Below, one piece after another: positions 37,266 to 50,334 of a stretch of DNA of 61,658 nt. Positions within the stretch are counted from its first letter, which is position 1. The number at the start of each line of letters is the position of its first letter. A program made the translations under genes and the position numbers. Origin of the DNA: Octopus sinensis (lineage: Eukaryota); NCBI RefSeq assembly GCF_006345805.1, contig NW_021832423.1, forward strand, positions 1 through 61,658, read 5' to 3'. The notes under the pieces were generated by a model. That model searched no databases, had not been told where the DNA came from, and saw only the letters and a list, made by a program, of their open reading frames with translations.

Positions 37266-37544
37266 CTATTCAAGGTTGTATGCTACACATACATGCACAC
37301 ACTCAGTCAATGCTATCTATACTCAAACACACATATATTCACACATGTTTAGACATGCACACAGTGCCTCAACTGCAAGCACACATTAATGTACATATGC
37401 ACATAAACGCATAGTGACATGCATATACATACATACATACATATATATATATATATACAGAAAACATTAATGTTATATAAATGCACAGGCATGTGTGTGT
37501 GTGTAATTACGAAAGATGACAAAGCCAACAAGATAACAGAAGTA

Positions 37545-37975
37545 TGACTAATTGCAAGGACACATGAAACTCCAGATCAAACATAAAACAAAGACAAGAA
37601 AATGACAGAAGAGAAAATGACAGAAAAAATAATGAAGAAAATGACAGAAAAAATAATGAAAAGGGAACAGGAAGCTTCTGAGGCAAGAAATGCACACGAG
37701 CAATAAGCTGAAAGAAGATTCACTAATGCAAGGACACTTCAAACAAGGAAGGAAAATAAGAAGAAAATATAAGACAAAGCTGCAGTAGCTGCTTGGAAAA
37801 AGGTTATCAGAAATGATGCAAAGACTGTTTTAAAACATAACTGATGAATATGAAGGAAGAATAAAGAATAGAAATTAACTACGATGGAAAAAAATGGATG
37901 CTAAATGTTCACAATGGTGTGTACAGATGTGGATAAGACAATGGGCAGTTGGTACGACAACCTATTCTTTTCTGT
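37545..37975 (+). pseudogene. Possible decayed Helitron Rep/Helicase N-terminal fragment
   Basis: ARTHETPDQT..RQENDRRE (charged repeat), followed after frameshifts and stops by KMDAKCSQWCVQMWIRQWAVGTTTYSFL, resembling the M...C..C...MW..E zinc-finger region. Confidence 0.4.
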
Positions 37976-38039
37976 AAACAGCATGTATGTGTCAATATGC
38001 TATCTTTAAGATAGTGTGTTAGCATCTTATGAATATTTT

Positions 38040-38462
38040 TTTTTTCTACTCTAGGCACAAGGTCCAAAATTTTTGGGGAGGGGTGGGGGCCAGTCGATTA
38101 GATCAACCGCAGTATGCAACTGGTACTTAATTTATCGACCCCGAAAGGATGAAAGGCAAAGCCGACCTCGACAGAATTTGAACTCAGAATGTAAAGACAG
38201 ACAAAATACTGCTAAGTATTTCACCCAGCGTGCTAATGTTTCTTATTTCTTTATTGCCCACAAGGAGCTAAACATAGAGGGGACAAACAAGGACAAAGGT
38301 ATTAAGTCGATTACATCGACCCCAGTGCGTAACTGGTACTTAATTTATCGACCCCGAAAGGATGAAAGGCAAAGTCGATCTCGGTGGAATTTGAACTCAG
38401 AACATAACAGCAGACGAAATACCACTAAGCATTTCGCCTAACGATTCTGCCGATTTACCACC

Positions 38463-38465
<3 letters not shown>
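38040..38465 (-). mobile_element. SINE family A, dimeric form
   Basis: aactggtacttaatttatcgaccccgaaaggatgaaaggcaaag occurs twice (about 38118 and 38331). Confidence 0.8.
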
Positions 38466-38505
<40 letters not shown>

Positions 38506-39172
38506 GCCTTTCTATTATACGTACAAGGCCTGAAATTTGGAGAGAAGGTGCTCAGGAGGTACTTATTTCAGGATGAAAGTGGATGTTAACTTTGGTGATA
38601 TTTTGAACTCAGACCATGAAAACAGACAAAATGCAACGACCTCACTTTATAAAATGCTACAATTTCCATAGAATTAGCAGGGAGCTAAGGAAGAAACACT
38701 TATTGACCTCCCCATGCATATTGTGTGATTGGCTCACTAAGTACCCAACCTGAAACTGAAATATCATCTCGACATCCTTACAGTAGACTACCGGCAGGAT
38801 GTATGAAACCAAGCTCAGACTAACCCCAACTAGTCCCACCCCATCCTACTCTAGAAGCAAAGTAATATAAAATTGCAAAGTAAAATAAAATTGAATTTGA
38901 GAACTTGAAATAAGTGGAGCTTGAAGTCTTTAAACCAGCATTATCCAGGGCTATAGACCTTATTGAAAGAAAATTAGACCTGCAATTTATGGCTTTATTA
39001 TTAACCCCATGACAATGATTTTTTTCATCAGGCAACTAGGTTGCAATGACAGTAATCATCAGGCCCAGATCGTAAATTCAACGAAAGTGGAATAGCTTGG
39101 ATTCAACTGTAAATTCTGTAAAGGACCAGAAGAATTTGCTGAATGTGTAGGAGTTTGATAGGAAGTCATAGT

Positions 39173-39770
39173 GGCGTAGGAGTGGCTGTGTGGTAAGTAG
39201 CTTGCTTACGAACTACATGGTTCCAGGTTCAGTCCCACTGCATGGCACCTTGAGCAAGTGTCTTCTACTTTAGCCTGGGGTCGACCAAAGCCTTGTGAGT
39301 GGATTTGGTAGACGGAAACTGAAAGAAGCCCATCATATATATATATATATCATCATCATCATCATCGTTTAACGTCCGTTCTCCATGCTAGCATGGGTTG
39401 GACGGTTCGACCGGGGATCTGGGAAGCCAGAAGGCTGCACCAGGCTCGGTCTTATCTGGCAATGTTTCTACAGCTGGATGCCCTTCCTAACGCCAACCAC
39501 TCTGTGAGTGTAGTGGGTGCTTTTTACGTGCCAGGCGAGGCTGACATCAGCCATGGTCGGATTGGTGCATTTTACGTGCCACCTGCACGGAAGCCAGTTG
39601 GGGCGGCACTGGCTTTGGCCACGATTCGGATGGTGCTTTTTACATGCCACCGACACCGAAGCCAGTCGAGGCGGCGCTATATGTGAGCGTGTGTGTGTGT
39701 ATATTTGTGTGTGTGTGTTTGTCCCCACCAACATCGCTTGACAATTGATACTGGTGTGTTTACATCCCTG
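39173..39770 (+). mobile_element. SINE family B interrupted by a minus-strand RTE-type tail (39350-39675)
   Basis: Head at 39173, (CAT)n RTE tail inside the internal microsatellite, and the SINE body resuming gtgtttgtccccaccaacatcgcttgac. Confidence 0.8.
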
Positions 39771-40089
39771 TTATCTCTTTCTCTCATCTTATATACATAC
39801 ACAAATATATATAAGCTAAACTGACCATCTGCATAGACGAAAAGGGCCAATTATTATATTAGTCAATTCAAATATAACAAGGAATTCAAATAAACGAATA
39901 AAAAAATAAAAAGAAAAAAAATTAATGTGAGGATGTGCACGAGAAATGTATTGGCTTGACTCTCGGTGAAAGGAGAGAGTTTGACATTTCGAGCACAAAG
40001 GAGAAAGGGAAAAACCCAAAGACGGAGAAGAAATCGCCAATGGCATACTTGTAGTTACATTGCTGAAGTGTATTTTTTATTTATTTTTT

Positions 40090-40294
40090 TTTTACTTGTT
40101 TCAGTCATTTGACTGCGGCCATGCTGGAGCACCGCCCTTTAGTCGAGCAACTCGACCCCGGGACTTATTCTTTTGTAAGCCCAGTACTTATTCTATCGGT
40201 CTCTTTTGCCGAACTGCTAAGTGACGGGGACATAAACACACCAGCATCGGTTGTCAAGCAATACTAGGGGAACAAACACAGACACACAAACACA

Positions 40295-40336
<42 letters not shown>

Positions 40337-40510
40337 ATACATATATACGACGGGCTTCTTTCAGTTTCCGTCAACCAAATCCACTCACAAGGCTTTGGTC
40401 GGCCCGAGGCTATAGAAGAAGACACTTGCCCAAGGTGCCACGCAGTGGGACTGAACCCGGAACCATGTGGTTGGTAAGCAAGCTACTTACCACACAGCCA
40501 CTCCTGTGCC
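40090..40510 (-). mobile_element. SINE family B, full length and little diverged
   Basis: Complete tail-body-head in reverse orientation. Confidence 0.9.
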
Positions 40511-41071
40511 TTATATATATATATAGGTTCACTCATTTGTGGTGGGTGGGAGAATCCTATTAGGGTCCGGCGGCAAAACGAGTTTGAGAAGCACAGCTCT
40601 ATTCCATAGGGTTCACACCATTCTATGATATCCTAGAACAAACTCCCCAGCTGCTGTTGCCATGTTTATGCTATTTTGTGACCTTATAGGTTACTGTACT
40701 AATTGGATAAACTAATTAGATCTTTCTCAATAATTAGGCAAAACGAATGGAAAAACATTGAATTAAACAGTTGGCCTAATTAGAGTTGTATTAATGAAAT
40801 GATATACTCCATTTACAAATACGCAAAACCACACACTCACGCACACACATATATATGCATGTAAAAAGACACAGGGTTACACACACACAACACACGCATG
40901 CAGAAATAAACCAACACAGGATCACATACATAACATATATATACATACATATAATATAAAGACCTGAGATGATAAGTGCGTTATACATTCAGTACAGAAC
41001 GCATAACATTTTTACTCGCATGCATGCATAAAACAACTTAACACATAAGTAGACAAGATGGGCATATAAAA

Positions 41072-41395
41072 GGAGCACTCCGTCGGTTATAACGACGAGG
41101 GTCCCGGCTGATACGATCAACGGAACAGCTTGCTCGTGAAATTAACGTGCAAGTGGCTGAGCACTCCACAGCCACGTGTACCCCTAACGTAGTTCTCAGG
41201 GAGATTCAGAGTGACAGTGAGTGTGACAAGGCCGGCCCTTTGAAATACAGGTACTTCTCATTTTTGCCAGCTGAGTGGACTGGAGCAACGTGAAATAAAG
41301 TGTCTTGCTGAAGGACACAACGCGGCGCCAGAAACTGAACACACGACCTTACAATCGTGAGCCGAATGCCCTAACCACTAAGCCACGCGCCTTCA
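41072..41395 (-). mobile_element. SINE sharing the family C 3' tail with a different head and core
   Basis: agcactccgtcggtta...gaaattaacgtg tail shared with 47046 and 51846; head gaaggcgcgtggcttagtggttaggg on the minus strand. Confidence 0.75.
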
Positions 41396-41554
41396 CAAAT
41401 AGACATCATCATCATCATCATCATCGTTTAACGTCCGCCTTCCATGCTAGCATGGGTTGGACGGTTCAACTGGGGTCTGGGGAGCCTGAAGGCTGCACCA
41501 GGCCCAGTCAGATCTTGCAGTGTTTCTACAGCTCGATGCCCTTCCTAACACCAA

Positions 41555-41875
41555 AGACATATACACACACATATATATATACATACACACACACACATAT
41601 ATATACATACACACACACACATATATATACATACACACACACACATATATATACATACACACACACACACATATATACATACACACACACACACATATAT
41701 ACATACACACACACACACACATATATACATACACACACACACACATATATATATACACACACACACACATATATATATACACACACACACACACATATAT
41801 ATATACACACACACACACACATATATAATACACACACACACACATATATATATACACACACACACACATATATAT

Positions 41876-41920
<45 letters not shown>
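41555..41920. repeat. ~22-bp (TA)n(CA)n minisatellite
   Basis: Directly visible. Confidence 0.9.
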
Positions 41921-41922
<2 letters not shown>

Positions 41923-42365
41923 CACAAGCATGTAGCTGTGCATGTGCACGCATATGCGGCACTGAGCTACACAAATGCATGGATACATACTCATACACCT
42001 ATCTGCACGAATTTGCACGCACCAAGTTATACACACGAACATGCATCAAATCACTCCTCTCAAACACATATAACTACACATACACACATAAAGACACAAC
42101 TGCACAGAAATACACATGAACAAAGTTACATACACAGAATCGGCACATAAACACATACACCCACATATCCATGAAACAACGATGGAGCTTCTATGTGGTT
42201 GCTAAATCTGATAGAAACAGCAACTAAATCTCTCACAAATCAAATACTGGATCTTGTTAAATTTCCTCAAACCACTTAAAATATTTCAAATTTTTACCAG
42301 ATTATATTCCAAAAAATGTAGTTTTGCATGCTGATGACGAAAACCATCTTCGTTTTTTTCTAGAG

Positions 42366-42850
42366 ATCTCTATATACAAAACTGAGGATGTGAGTGTGTG
42401 TGTGTGTGTGTAAAATCGCAGAACTTCTGAATTTCGCAATTGATTTTCTCCAAACTGGGAACATATATTACTTATGTTCCAAAGATGGTTTTTGGACTCT
42501 AAAATTTTTTCACATAATGAGTAATGGGGCCCCTGGGGCAGAAAACCACCTTTCCTAGGTAAACAATACCAATGATCACATAACTTGTTTGCTTCATTGG
42601 TTCAAGGGACATTACCCTTGATGATGTACTTATGTTAATTTATCTCTCTCTCTAGATATATATATCTAAAACTGAGGATGTGCGTGTGGGGGTGTATGTG
42701 TGCTAACCCACAGAACATCTGAAGTTTGCAACAGATTTTCTCCAAACTGGGAACATACATTACTTAAGTTCCAGAGATGATTTTAGACTCTTAAAAATTT
42801 TCGCATTATTAGTAATGGGGCCCCTGGGGGCAGCAAACCCCCTTTCTTGG
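42366..42850 (+). mobile_element. Two tandem Helitron-like 5' segments
   Basis: atctctatatacaaaactgaggatgtg...gattttctccaaactgggaacata...agtaatggggcccctgggg is repeated at about 42366 and 42642, with TC-start and ctatata typical of non-autonomous Helitrons. Confidence 0.5.
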
Positions 42851-43300
42851 GGTACGTACAACTGCCTGCATGGTCTATGCATTATTTCTGTTCAAACTGG
42901 GAAAAAAACAGCAACTGAAATGCTATAAGTAGGTTATATTAAATGAATGAATTGATGTAGACTTCAAACTGTGTTGTCTAAGTGGCAGCAATAACAGCCT
43001 GTTCCTGTACTACTATAGGTAGCAATTTGCTGGAATAAAAAACCGTTTGGGGCGCACTGTGTTTATAATAAAAAATATATACTAAAATATGTTAAATCCC
43101 AAACAACTATTTTCTTTCAGCTTCAGTATCAAAGCCTTCCTTCTAAGCATAGGTGAAACCCATACAAGTATTCTTCAGCTATTGATTACAAATCACATGT
43201 ACATTAACCTACCAATTTATGGTGTCTAAGACCCAACATGTTAAATAGAGATTGTGTCCTTAATGTGACCTTATGTGCCCAGACGCTGCATGCAGAATTG

Positions 43301-43719
43301 GGATCTTTTCGGTTTGAACGGCAGTTTTTTCTAGCAGTGTCATATGAAATTGTCACCCATAATTATGACTGTAGTATCGATCTATTGCATTTCAATATGT
43401 TTTAGGGTTAGGGTTAGGGGTGGGGGGAAGGGTATCTTTTTTTCTTCAGAAATGTAAATAAACCCAATCTGTTTCTTAAACGAGGGTCATATTCATACGG
43501 CACAGAATGTTTTCAACTCAATAGACGTCATTGATTGGTTGAAATTGCAGAAATTGAAGAAAAAAAAACAACAAATATCTTACAAACTATAGAATTTTCT
43601 CAATAAAGCCAAGAGAAAAAAATGTTTTATAAACACATTCTACCAGTATACGAAGTTTAAAAGTGTTTAGTTATGTGGAAATTATTTTTAAAAAACTGCC
43701 GTTCAAACTGAAAAGATCC
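43301..43719. mobile_element. GGATC-ended MITE with ~28-bp TIRs and 8-bp TSD (Merlin-like)
   Basis: cagaattg|ggatcttttcggtttgaacggcagttttt...aaaaactgccgttcaaactgaaaagatcc|cagaattg. Confidence 0.85.
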
Positions 43720-44475
43720 CAGAATTGTTTTCGTTTGGGAGCAGAGTTGTCCTCACAATGGTCGCACGTTGTTTACGCCGAGTGCACGGTTAAGTTATGA
43801 CTACTGATTCCCGACCACGTCAGTAACCCAACATCATGTGACCCAACCACGTTTTTTAGAGACCATGTCCTTAATCTAACTTTGTGTACCCCGATGCTTC
43901 ATGCAGAATTGTTTCCGTTTGAGAGCTGAGTTGTATTCAAAATGGTTGCATGCTGTTTACACGAAGAAGTTTACGGTTGAGCCATGGCTATTGATTCCAA
44001 ACTGAAATATCGCATGACAGTGTTGTTTTCAAGCACTTCCTGGCCAATTACCCCCACTTACCATGTCATTTCTTTCATGTAGATTTCTCCCATGTGGTGC
44101 TGTTGAGTGTGCCTACAGGCTTAATTTACTACATAGATGAAGTACCTATGTCTACTGATTGTTCAGCATGGTAGTAGCAGCACCAATAGCTGCAAAGGAG
44201 AATATATCCACCGCCTAACTTGCCAGTGCTGCCTGACTGGCCCCCGTGTCAGCGGCACGTAAAAAGCACCCACTACACTCTCAGAGTGGTTGGCGTTAGG
44301 AAGGTCATCCAGCTGTAGAAACTCTGCCAGATCAAGATTGGAGCCTGGTGCAGCCATCTGGCTCACCAGCCCTCAGTCAAAATCGTCCAACCCATGCTAG
44401 CATAGAAAGCAGACGTTAAACGATGATGATGATGATGATTATGAGAGCTTTTTGGTGAATTCATAAATCCCATAC

Positions 44476-44644
44476 CTTGCACCAACTTTTCCATGACAAA
44501 GTTAGGGCCTGGAATCTTCCAAACAGACGCATGAGATGTCACTTCCTTTACTCCACAAATGCTTTGTTTCTTGGAGGAACACCCCACCCCATCGCATACA
44601 CATACACTACCCAAAAGTATGCCTCCCACACCTGGTGGTGGAAC
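44476..44644 (-). CDS. Candidate exon of an unidentified gene (169 nt; possible start MEKLVQ)
   Basis: Acceptor ccccttttcaattctcacag, donor AAG|gtatgg, one open frame, and gtcATGG context. No recognisable homology. Confidence 0.3.
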
Positions 44645-45235
44645 CTGTGAGAATTGAAAAGGGGACAAACGAATTGTCGTATGTATTAAGAAGTATGGTT
44701 TAAAACTTTTTTTAATTGTCCAACATGTCAAAGATATAATTTTCAGAATGCAAAGTGAATTTTCTTTTCACGTTAATAGTAACAATAATGTGGAGAGGTG
44801 GGGGGAATTTGCTGGGGAGGAAGTGGAGTGGAGGTGCTTGTCATTTTTTTCAGTTAGAAACACAGGAAAGAGCTCCTTACATCACAGAAAAGCTAAAAGC
44901 AAGTTTCGCGTAGTCAAAGAAAACGAAAGAGAAAATTCCGGCACTTTCGTTCTTCAGACTTAAAAGATTAAGTGGGGTTTAACAGAATCGACGCGAATGT
45001 CGAACTAATTTCGGGCCAAAAAGATATTTCGTTTTATGTTTTGCATTGATAGCCAGCCAATGCCAAGTTTGCTTTTTACCCTCTCAGTGTCGTTAAAATA
45101 AAGAACCAGTCAAATAGAGAAGTTGAGTTAACGCAGAAAGGTAACGGTTAGGTGAAACAGTCAAGGGCGGTCTCAACAGAGAAAGGCTAAATGTCGGAGA
45201 GAAACTATTTTTACACTCAAACTATATCCTCTATG

Positions 45236-45648
45236 GGATCTTTTCGGTTTGAACGGCAGTTTTTAAAAATAATTTCCACGTAACTAAACACTTTTAAACT
45301 TCGTGTACTGGTAGAATGTGTTACATAAAACATCTTTTTCTCTTGGCTTTATTGAGAAAATTCTATACTTTGTAAGATATTTGTTGTTGTTTTTCTTCAA
45401 TTTCTGCAATTTCAACCAATCAATGACGTCTATTGAGGTGAAAACATTCTGTGCCGTATGAATATGTCCCTCGTTTAAGAAACAGATTGGGTTTATTTAC
45501 ATTTCTGAAAAAAAAAAAGATACCCTCTCCCCCACCCCTAACCCTAAAACAGATTGAAACGCAATAGATCGATACTAGGGTCATAATTATGGGTGACAAT
45601 TTCATATGACACCGCTAGAAAAAACTGCCGGTCAAAGTGAAAAGATCC
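45236..45648. mobile_element. GGATC-ended MITE, copy 2 (opposite internal orientation to copy 1)
   Basis: Same TIRs and internal sequence as 43301-43719. Confidence 0.85.
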
Positions 45649-46442
45649 AAGGGAGGTACCAACAGAGAAAGGCTAAATGTCGGAGAGAAACTATTTTTAC
45701 ACTCAAACTATATCCTCTATGTCGTTCTATCGTCTCGTAAGTACTGTATTAGAGCGGACTTCGATAAGGAAGTCTTATAAGACCGAAGTATATTTTGGTC
45801 ACCATGCTTATTACAGATCAGGATCCACTCGCCACAGTAACTCGCTTTTAATTTTTATGTTTAAATTTTAGATTTCTCGTCTTTGCCTTTCCTGACAAGA
45901 ATTGTCAACACTGTAAAGAGATCGATAGGTCTTGGAAGGCTATCAGTGACAAGATACAAAGATTTTACCATATAGAGGACTCGCCGTAATGTTTTATGGT
46001 TATTTTGGAGGGAGAAAATAAAAGCCGTGATCGTTATCTCTCTCCCTCGCTTTCCTTTTTTTTTTTTTCTCTCGGCTCACTTGCTGTTGGTAATTAAAAT
46101 AAAAATATATTCCATATAAGTTGTAAATTGCATTCTGAACAAAGGCTTTCACAAGTAGTAATGCTGGCAATTAATTCTCTTATCAACGAAGTCAAGAGAA
46201 ATGCAAACGCCACCAGATAAGAATTTCCGTTGGCAAACCAAAGTTTACAGCGGTCAGAAAATTTATCTAATGCTAAACAAGGCACTGGGTGTGCGTATGT
46301 GGGCAGACCTTGAAACACTTTCACACATTTTGTAGCTATATTTAGATGCGAGTTCTTCCTTGCAACGAAAGAATGGCACTTATAGAAAGGAAAGCTACAT
46401 GTTACTCAGAACGAATGAAACAAGGGCTAACTAAAATGCCTG

Positions 46443-46872
46443 GGATCTTTTCGGTTTGACCGGCAGTTTTTTTAAAAATAAAAACCACGTAACTAAACAC
46501 TTTTAAACTTCGTATACTGGTAGAATGTGTTTATAAAACATTTTTTTACTCTTGGCTTTATTGAGAAAATTCTATAGTTTGTAAGATATTTGTTGTTGTT
46601 GTTTTTTCTTCAATTTCTGCAATTTCAACCAATCAATGACGTCTATTGAGGTAAAAACCATTCTGTGCCGTATGAATATGTCCCTCGTTTAAGAAACAGA
46701 TTGGGTTTATTTACATTTGTGAAGAAAAAAAGATACCAGTCCCCCCCACCACTAACTCTAACTAACCCTAAAACAGATTGAAATGCAATAGATCGATACT
46801 AGGGTCATAATTATGGGTGACAATTTCATATGACACCGCTAGAAAAAACTGCCGTTCAAACCGAAAAGATCC
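46443..46872. mobile_element. GGATC-ended MITE, copy 3
   Basis: Same TIRs; no intact TSD seen. Confidence 0.85.
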
Positions 46873-47040
46873 CAGACCTATCTACCTATCAACAAACTGT
46901 AGTAGGACTCGCCTATCAGGAGCCTTGACAAAAGAAAACAGTAGCTGTGACGGGATTTTGTCTAAAACCGGTTATTTAACCCTGTTCTGGCTAAGACTAT
47001 TCCGTCTTTTAGGGGCAACTAAGATTACATTATACAATGT

Positions 47041-47412
47041 GGGGGAAGCACTCCGTCGGTTACGACGACGAGGGTTCCGGTTGATCCGAATCAACGAACA
47101 GCCTGCTCGTGAAATTAACGTGTAAGTGGCCGAGCACTCCACAGACACGTGTACCCTTAACGTAGTTCTCGGGGATATTCGGCGTGACACAGAGAGTGAC
47201 AAGGCCGGTCCTTTGAAATACAGGTACAATAGAAACAGGAAGTAAGAGTGAGAGAAAGTTGTGGTGAAAGAGTACAGCAGGGATCACCACCATCCCCTGC
47301 CGGAGCCTCGTGGAGCTTTAGGTGTTTTCGCTCAATAAACACTCACAACGCCCGGTCTGGGAATCGAAACCGCGAGTCCGCTGCCCTAACCACTGGGCCA
47401 TTGCGCCTCCAC
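47041..47412 (-). mobile_element. SINE family C, full length with 10-bp TSD
   Basis: TSD tatacaatgt at 47031-47040 and 47413-47422; tRNA-like head ggaggcgcaatggcccagtggttagg. Confidence 0.9.
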
Positions 47413-47635
47413 TATACAATGTAGCCAACTAATACAAAGCGTGATTTGAGGATGATTTGGCTGCTATTTCTAGCGTCTAATTCATGTAGAGGCTCACTTG
47501 ATAGTTCGAATATACTGTCCGGAAGGAAGTAAAACGGAAGCAAAGACTTTACCGCTTCCTCTGTCAATCTATCATTTATTTTCTTCACAGACACAACATA
47601 CACACACAACCTTTTCCTCTCTCTCTCTCTCTCCA

Positions 47636-47677
<42 letters not shown>

Positions 47678-48744
47678 CTCTTTCCGCAACACTTCTCTCT
47701 CACTTTCATTTAGCTAGTTCACCTAATCAAGTAACCCACATCTCTAGATTTTCACACGTACATACACCATCTTTCTGAAGGAGACGACACGAAGGATGTA
47801 GATGTACCTCGGAAGCAAAAAATATATGTAATTGAAATAAGAAAGCGAAAGGGATAAGCAAAAGTAAAAAGACAAAAAGAGAAACAGTAAAAGAAAATAA
47901 AACCCAACAAGTGTCAGGACAAGATGTTAAGGGGGAAGAAGAAAAGAAAAGCGGGAGAAAAATAAGGAAAAGGGAAGACGGAAGACGAAATGAAATGAAG
48001 GGTGAAGGTGACAAAGAGGACAGACTGGAGAAGTCTTGGAAGAGTTCAACACTGAAGTGTCCGTAGGGGGGGGGGAGGCAATGGAAGGGAATATAAAATG
48101 GAGATAAGGAGAATAAATTGACTTGCTTGATATTATCTCCTCTTCTCTATGAGTGTCGCTCACAATTACTGCCAGGTGGTCATTTGTTACTTTTTTTTCT
48201 TCTTTCTTTTTTGTTTAATTAAGAGAGAAATTTCAGTGATTGTAAATCTTTTACTTGTCTCAGTCATTGGACTGCGGCCGTGCTAAGGCGCCGCCGTCTT
48301 GAAGAGTTTTATAGGTGAACAGATCGAGCCCAGTACTTACTTATTCTGGTACTTATTATATCGGTGTTTTGTACCGAACCGCTAAGTTATGGAGACGTAA
48401 ACAAACCAACAGATAAGTACTAGGCTTACAAAGAATAAGTCCTGGGGTCGATTTGCTCGACTAAAAAGTTGGTGCTCCAGCATGGCCGCAGTCAAAATGA
48501 CTGAAACAAATAAAAGAATACTAAAATAATAAAGGAATAAAAGAATATTAACCAAGTGGCTTTACGCTATTGAAGCTAGTTTTATTATTATTATTATTTT
48601 TAACTGAAGGCGGCTAGCAGGCAGAAATGGCTACAATGCTTCGCTGAATTTCTTGCGGCCTTACGTTTTGAGTTCAAGTTCTGCCGAGCTCGTCTTTGCT
48701 TTTCATCCTTTCGGAGCCAATAAATTCAGTACCAGTTGAGCACT

Positions 48745-49160
48745 GGCAAGCTGGCAGAATCGTTAGCGCTCGCCGGGCGAAATGCTTAGCGGTATTTCGT
48801 CTGCCGTTACGTTGTGAGTTCAAATTCCGCCGAGGTCGACTTTACCTTTCATCCTTTCGGGGTCGATAAATTAAGTACCAGTTACGCACTGGGGTCGATG
48901 TAATCGACTGAATACCTATGTCTGTCCTTGTTTGTCCCCTCTATGTTTAGCCCCTTGTGGGTAATAAAGAAATAGGTATTTCGTCTGCCGTTACGTTGTG
49001 AGTTCAAATTCCGCCGAGGTCGACTTTACCTTTCATCCTTTCGGGGTCGATTAAATAAGTACCAGTTACGCACTGGAGTCGATGTAATCGACTTAATACC
49101 TATGTCTGTCCTTGTTTGTCCCCTCTATGTTTAGCCCCTTGTGGGTAGTAAAGAAATAGG
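48745..49160 (+). mobile_element. SINE family A with an internally duplicated 184-bp body
   Basis: ggtatttcgtctgccgttacgttgtgagttc...aaagaaata occurs twice (48791 and 48975). Confidence 0.85.
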
Positions 49161-50334
49161 TAGATGCAGTCAGCTAATCTCCTCCCGCAAAAGGATTATT
49201 ATTTTTAATTCAGATTTTTAAAAAAAAAGGAAAGAAATGAGGTTGGATAAAACTAGAAACAGTAGGAAGATAAAGACAGGAATAGATGGAGAGGCAGGTG
49301 ATGGGGAAAGAGTAGAAAAAGACAAGGATGGATGAAGAGAGAGAGAGGATAATTTTAGCCTAATGAAACTAGGGAAGATAGAAGAGAAAAAAACGGGTGG
49401 TATTGCGGAGGTGTAGATAAGACAGGAAGGATGGATACAGTGAGAGGTGATGATAAGAAGGAACAAAAGAAGGAAAGAGGAATAAAACAGAAAACCGAGA
49501 ATAGATGTCTAGTTTTGAATAGTCACGCATCAAATGTATAATATATATTTATTTACCATGCCTCTGATCAACAACTGGTGGTGTGGACGTGTTTGGCGGT
49601 AGATACAGTGAAGATGTGGGCTATATTAGGAGGTTGTGTGCGACGGAGCCGCTGGTGGCTGTGCAGTAGCGGGGAAGAGGGATGTGGTAGCTGTTGTGGT
49701 GATAATGATTGATGGAGCGAGTAGTATGGTGGTGTTAGTGGTAGTAGAAGAGTAGGGGCGATGGTATGTCATACTCATGTGATGGAGCAAATGATGACGA
49801 AGATGGGAGAAGAAGAAGAAATGACAACGAGAGATGCTGGAATTATACCAGGGTACTCGTCGGATAGTTGAAGGGTAAATAAGTTTATTGTTCGTGTAGT
49901 AAGCTTGGGAATTCTGACAGCAGACTAAATGGAAAAAGGCGTTGCCCCAGAGGATGGCGAGGTGGATGTACTGCAGCAGCTGACCTGGCTGACGGGGGAT
50001 CGCATTTGCGGTTAGCCATCTCCGCCCCGATCACGGTCCAGGGACCGAGAACGCCAGAGGTCTTTACCGTCATGGTAAGGGATAAGGGGACAGAGAATGT
50101 TGTTGGTTAGCCCTCTCAGTGGCCCTTAAATTAAGCAGACCGATTATAACTGAAGAGATTCCGAGTGTGGTACGTTGACAGAAACGTTAGCACGCAGGAC
50201 GAAATTCTTAAAGGCATTCTTCCGACTTGACGTTCTGTGTTCAAATTCCGCCGGGATCAACCTTGCCCTGGATCAATAAAATAAGACCCTTCCTCCAAAA
50301 TTTCACGCCTTGTGTCTATAAGAGAAAGCATTAG

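Noticed and set aside
38640-39170. Coding-like unique segment
   Set aside because: Multiple stops in the frames examined and no recognisable motif; left unassigned.
42331-42360. CTGATGA as a hammerhead core (also 55417)
   Set aside because: No helix II plus correctly placed GAAA and helix III.
43402-43420. (TTAGGG)3 telomeric repeat
   Set aside because: Internal part of the MITE, with variants in the other copies; not a telomere.
47340-47412. tRNA gene
   Set aside because: tRNA-like A/B boxes are the head of a TSD-flanked SINE; the same applies to the other SINE heads.
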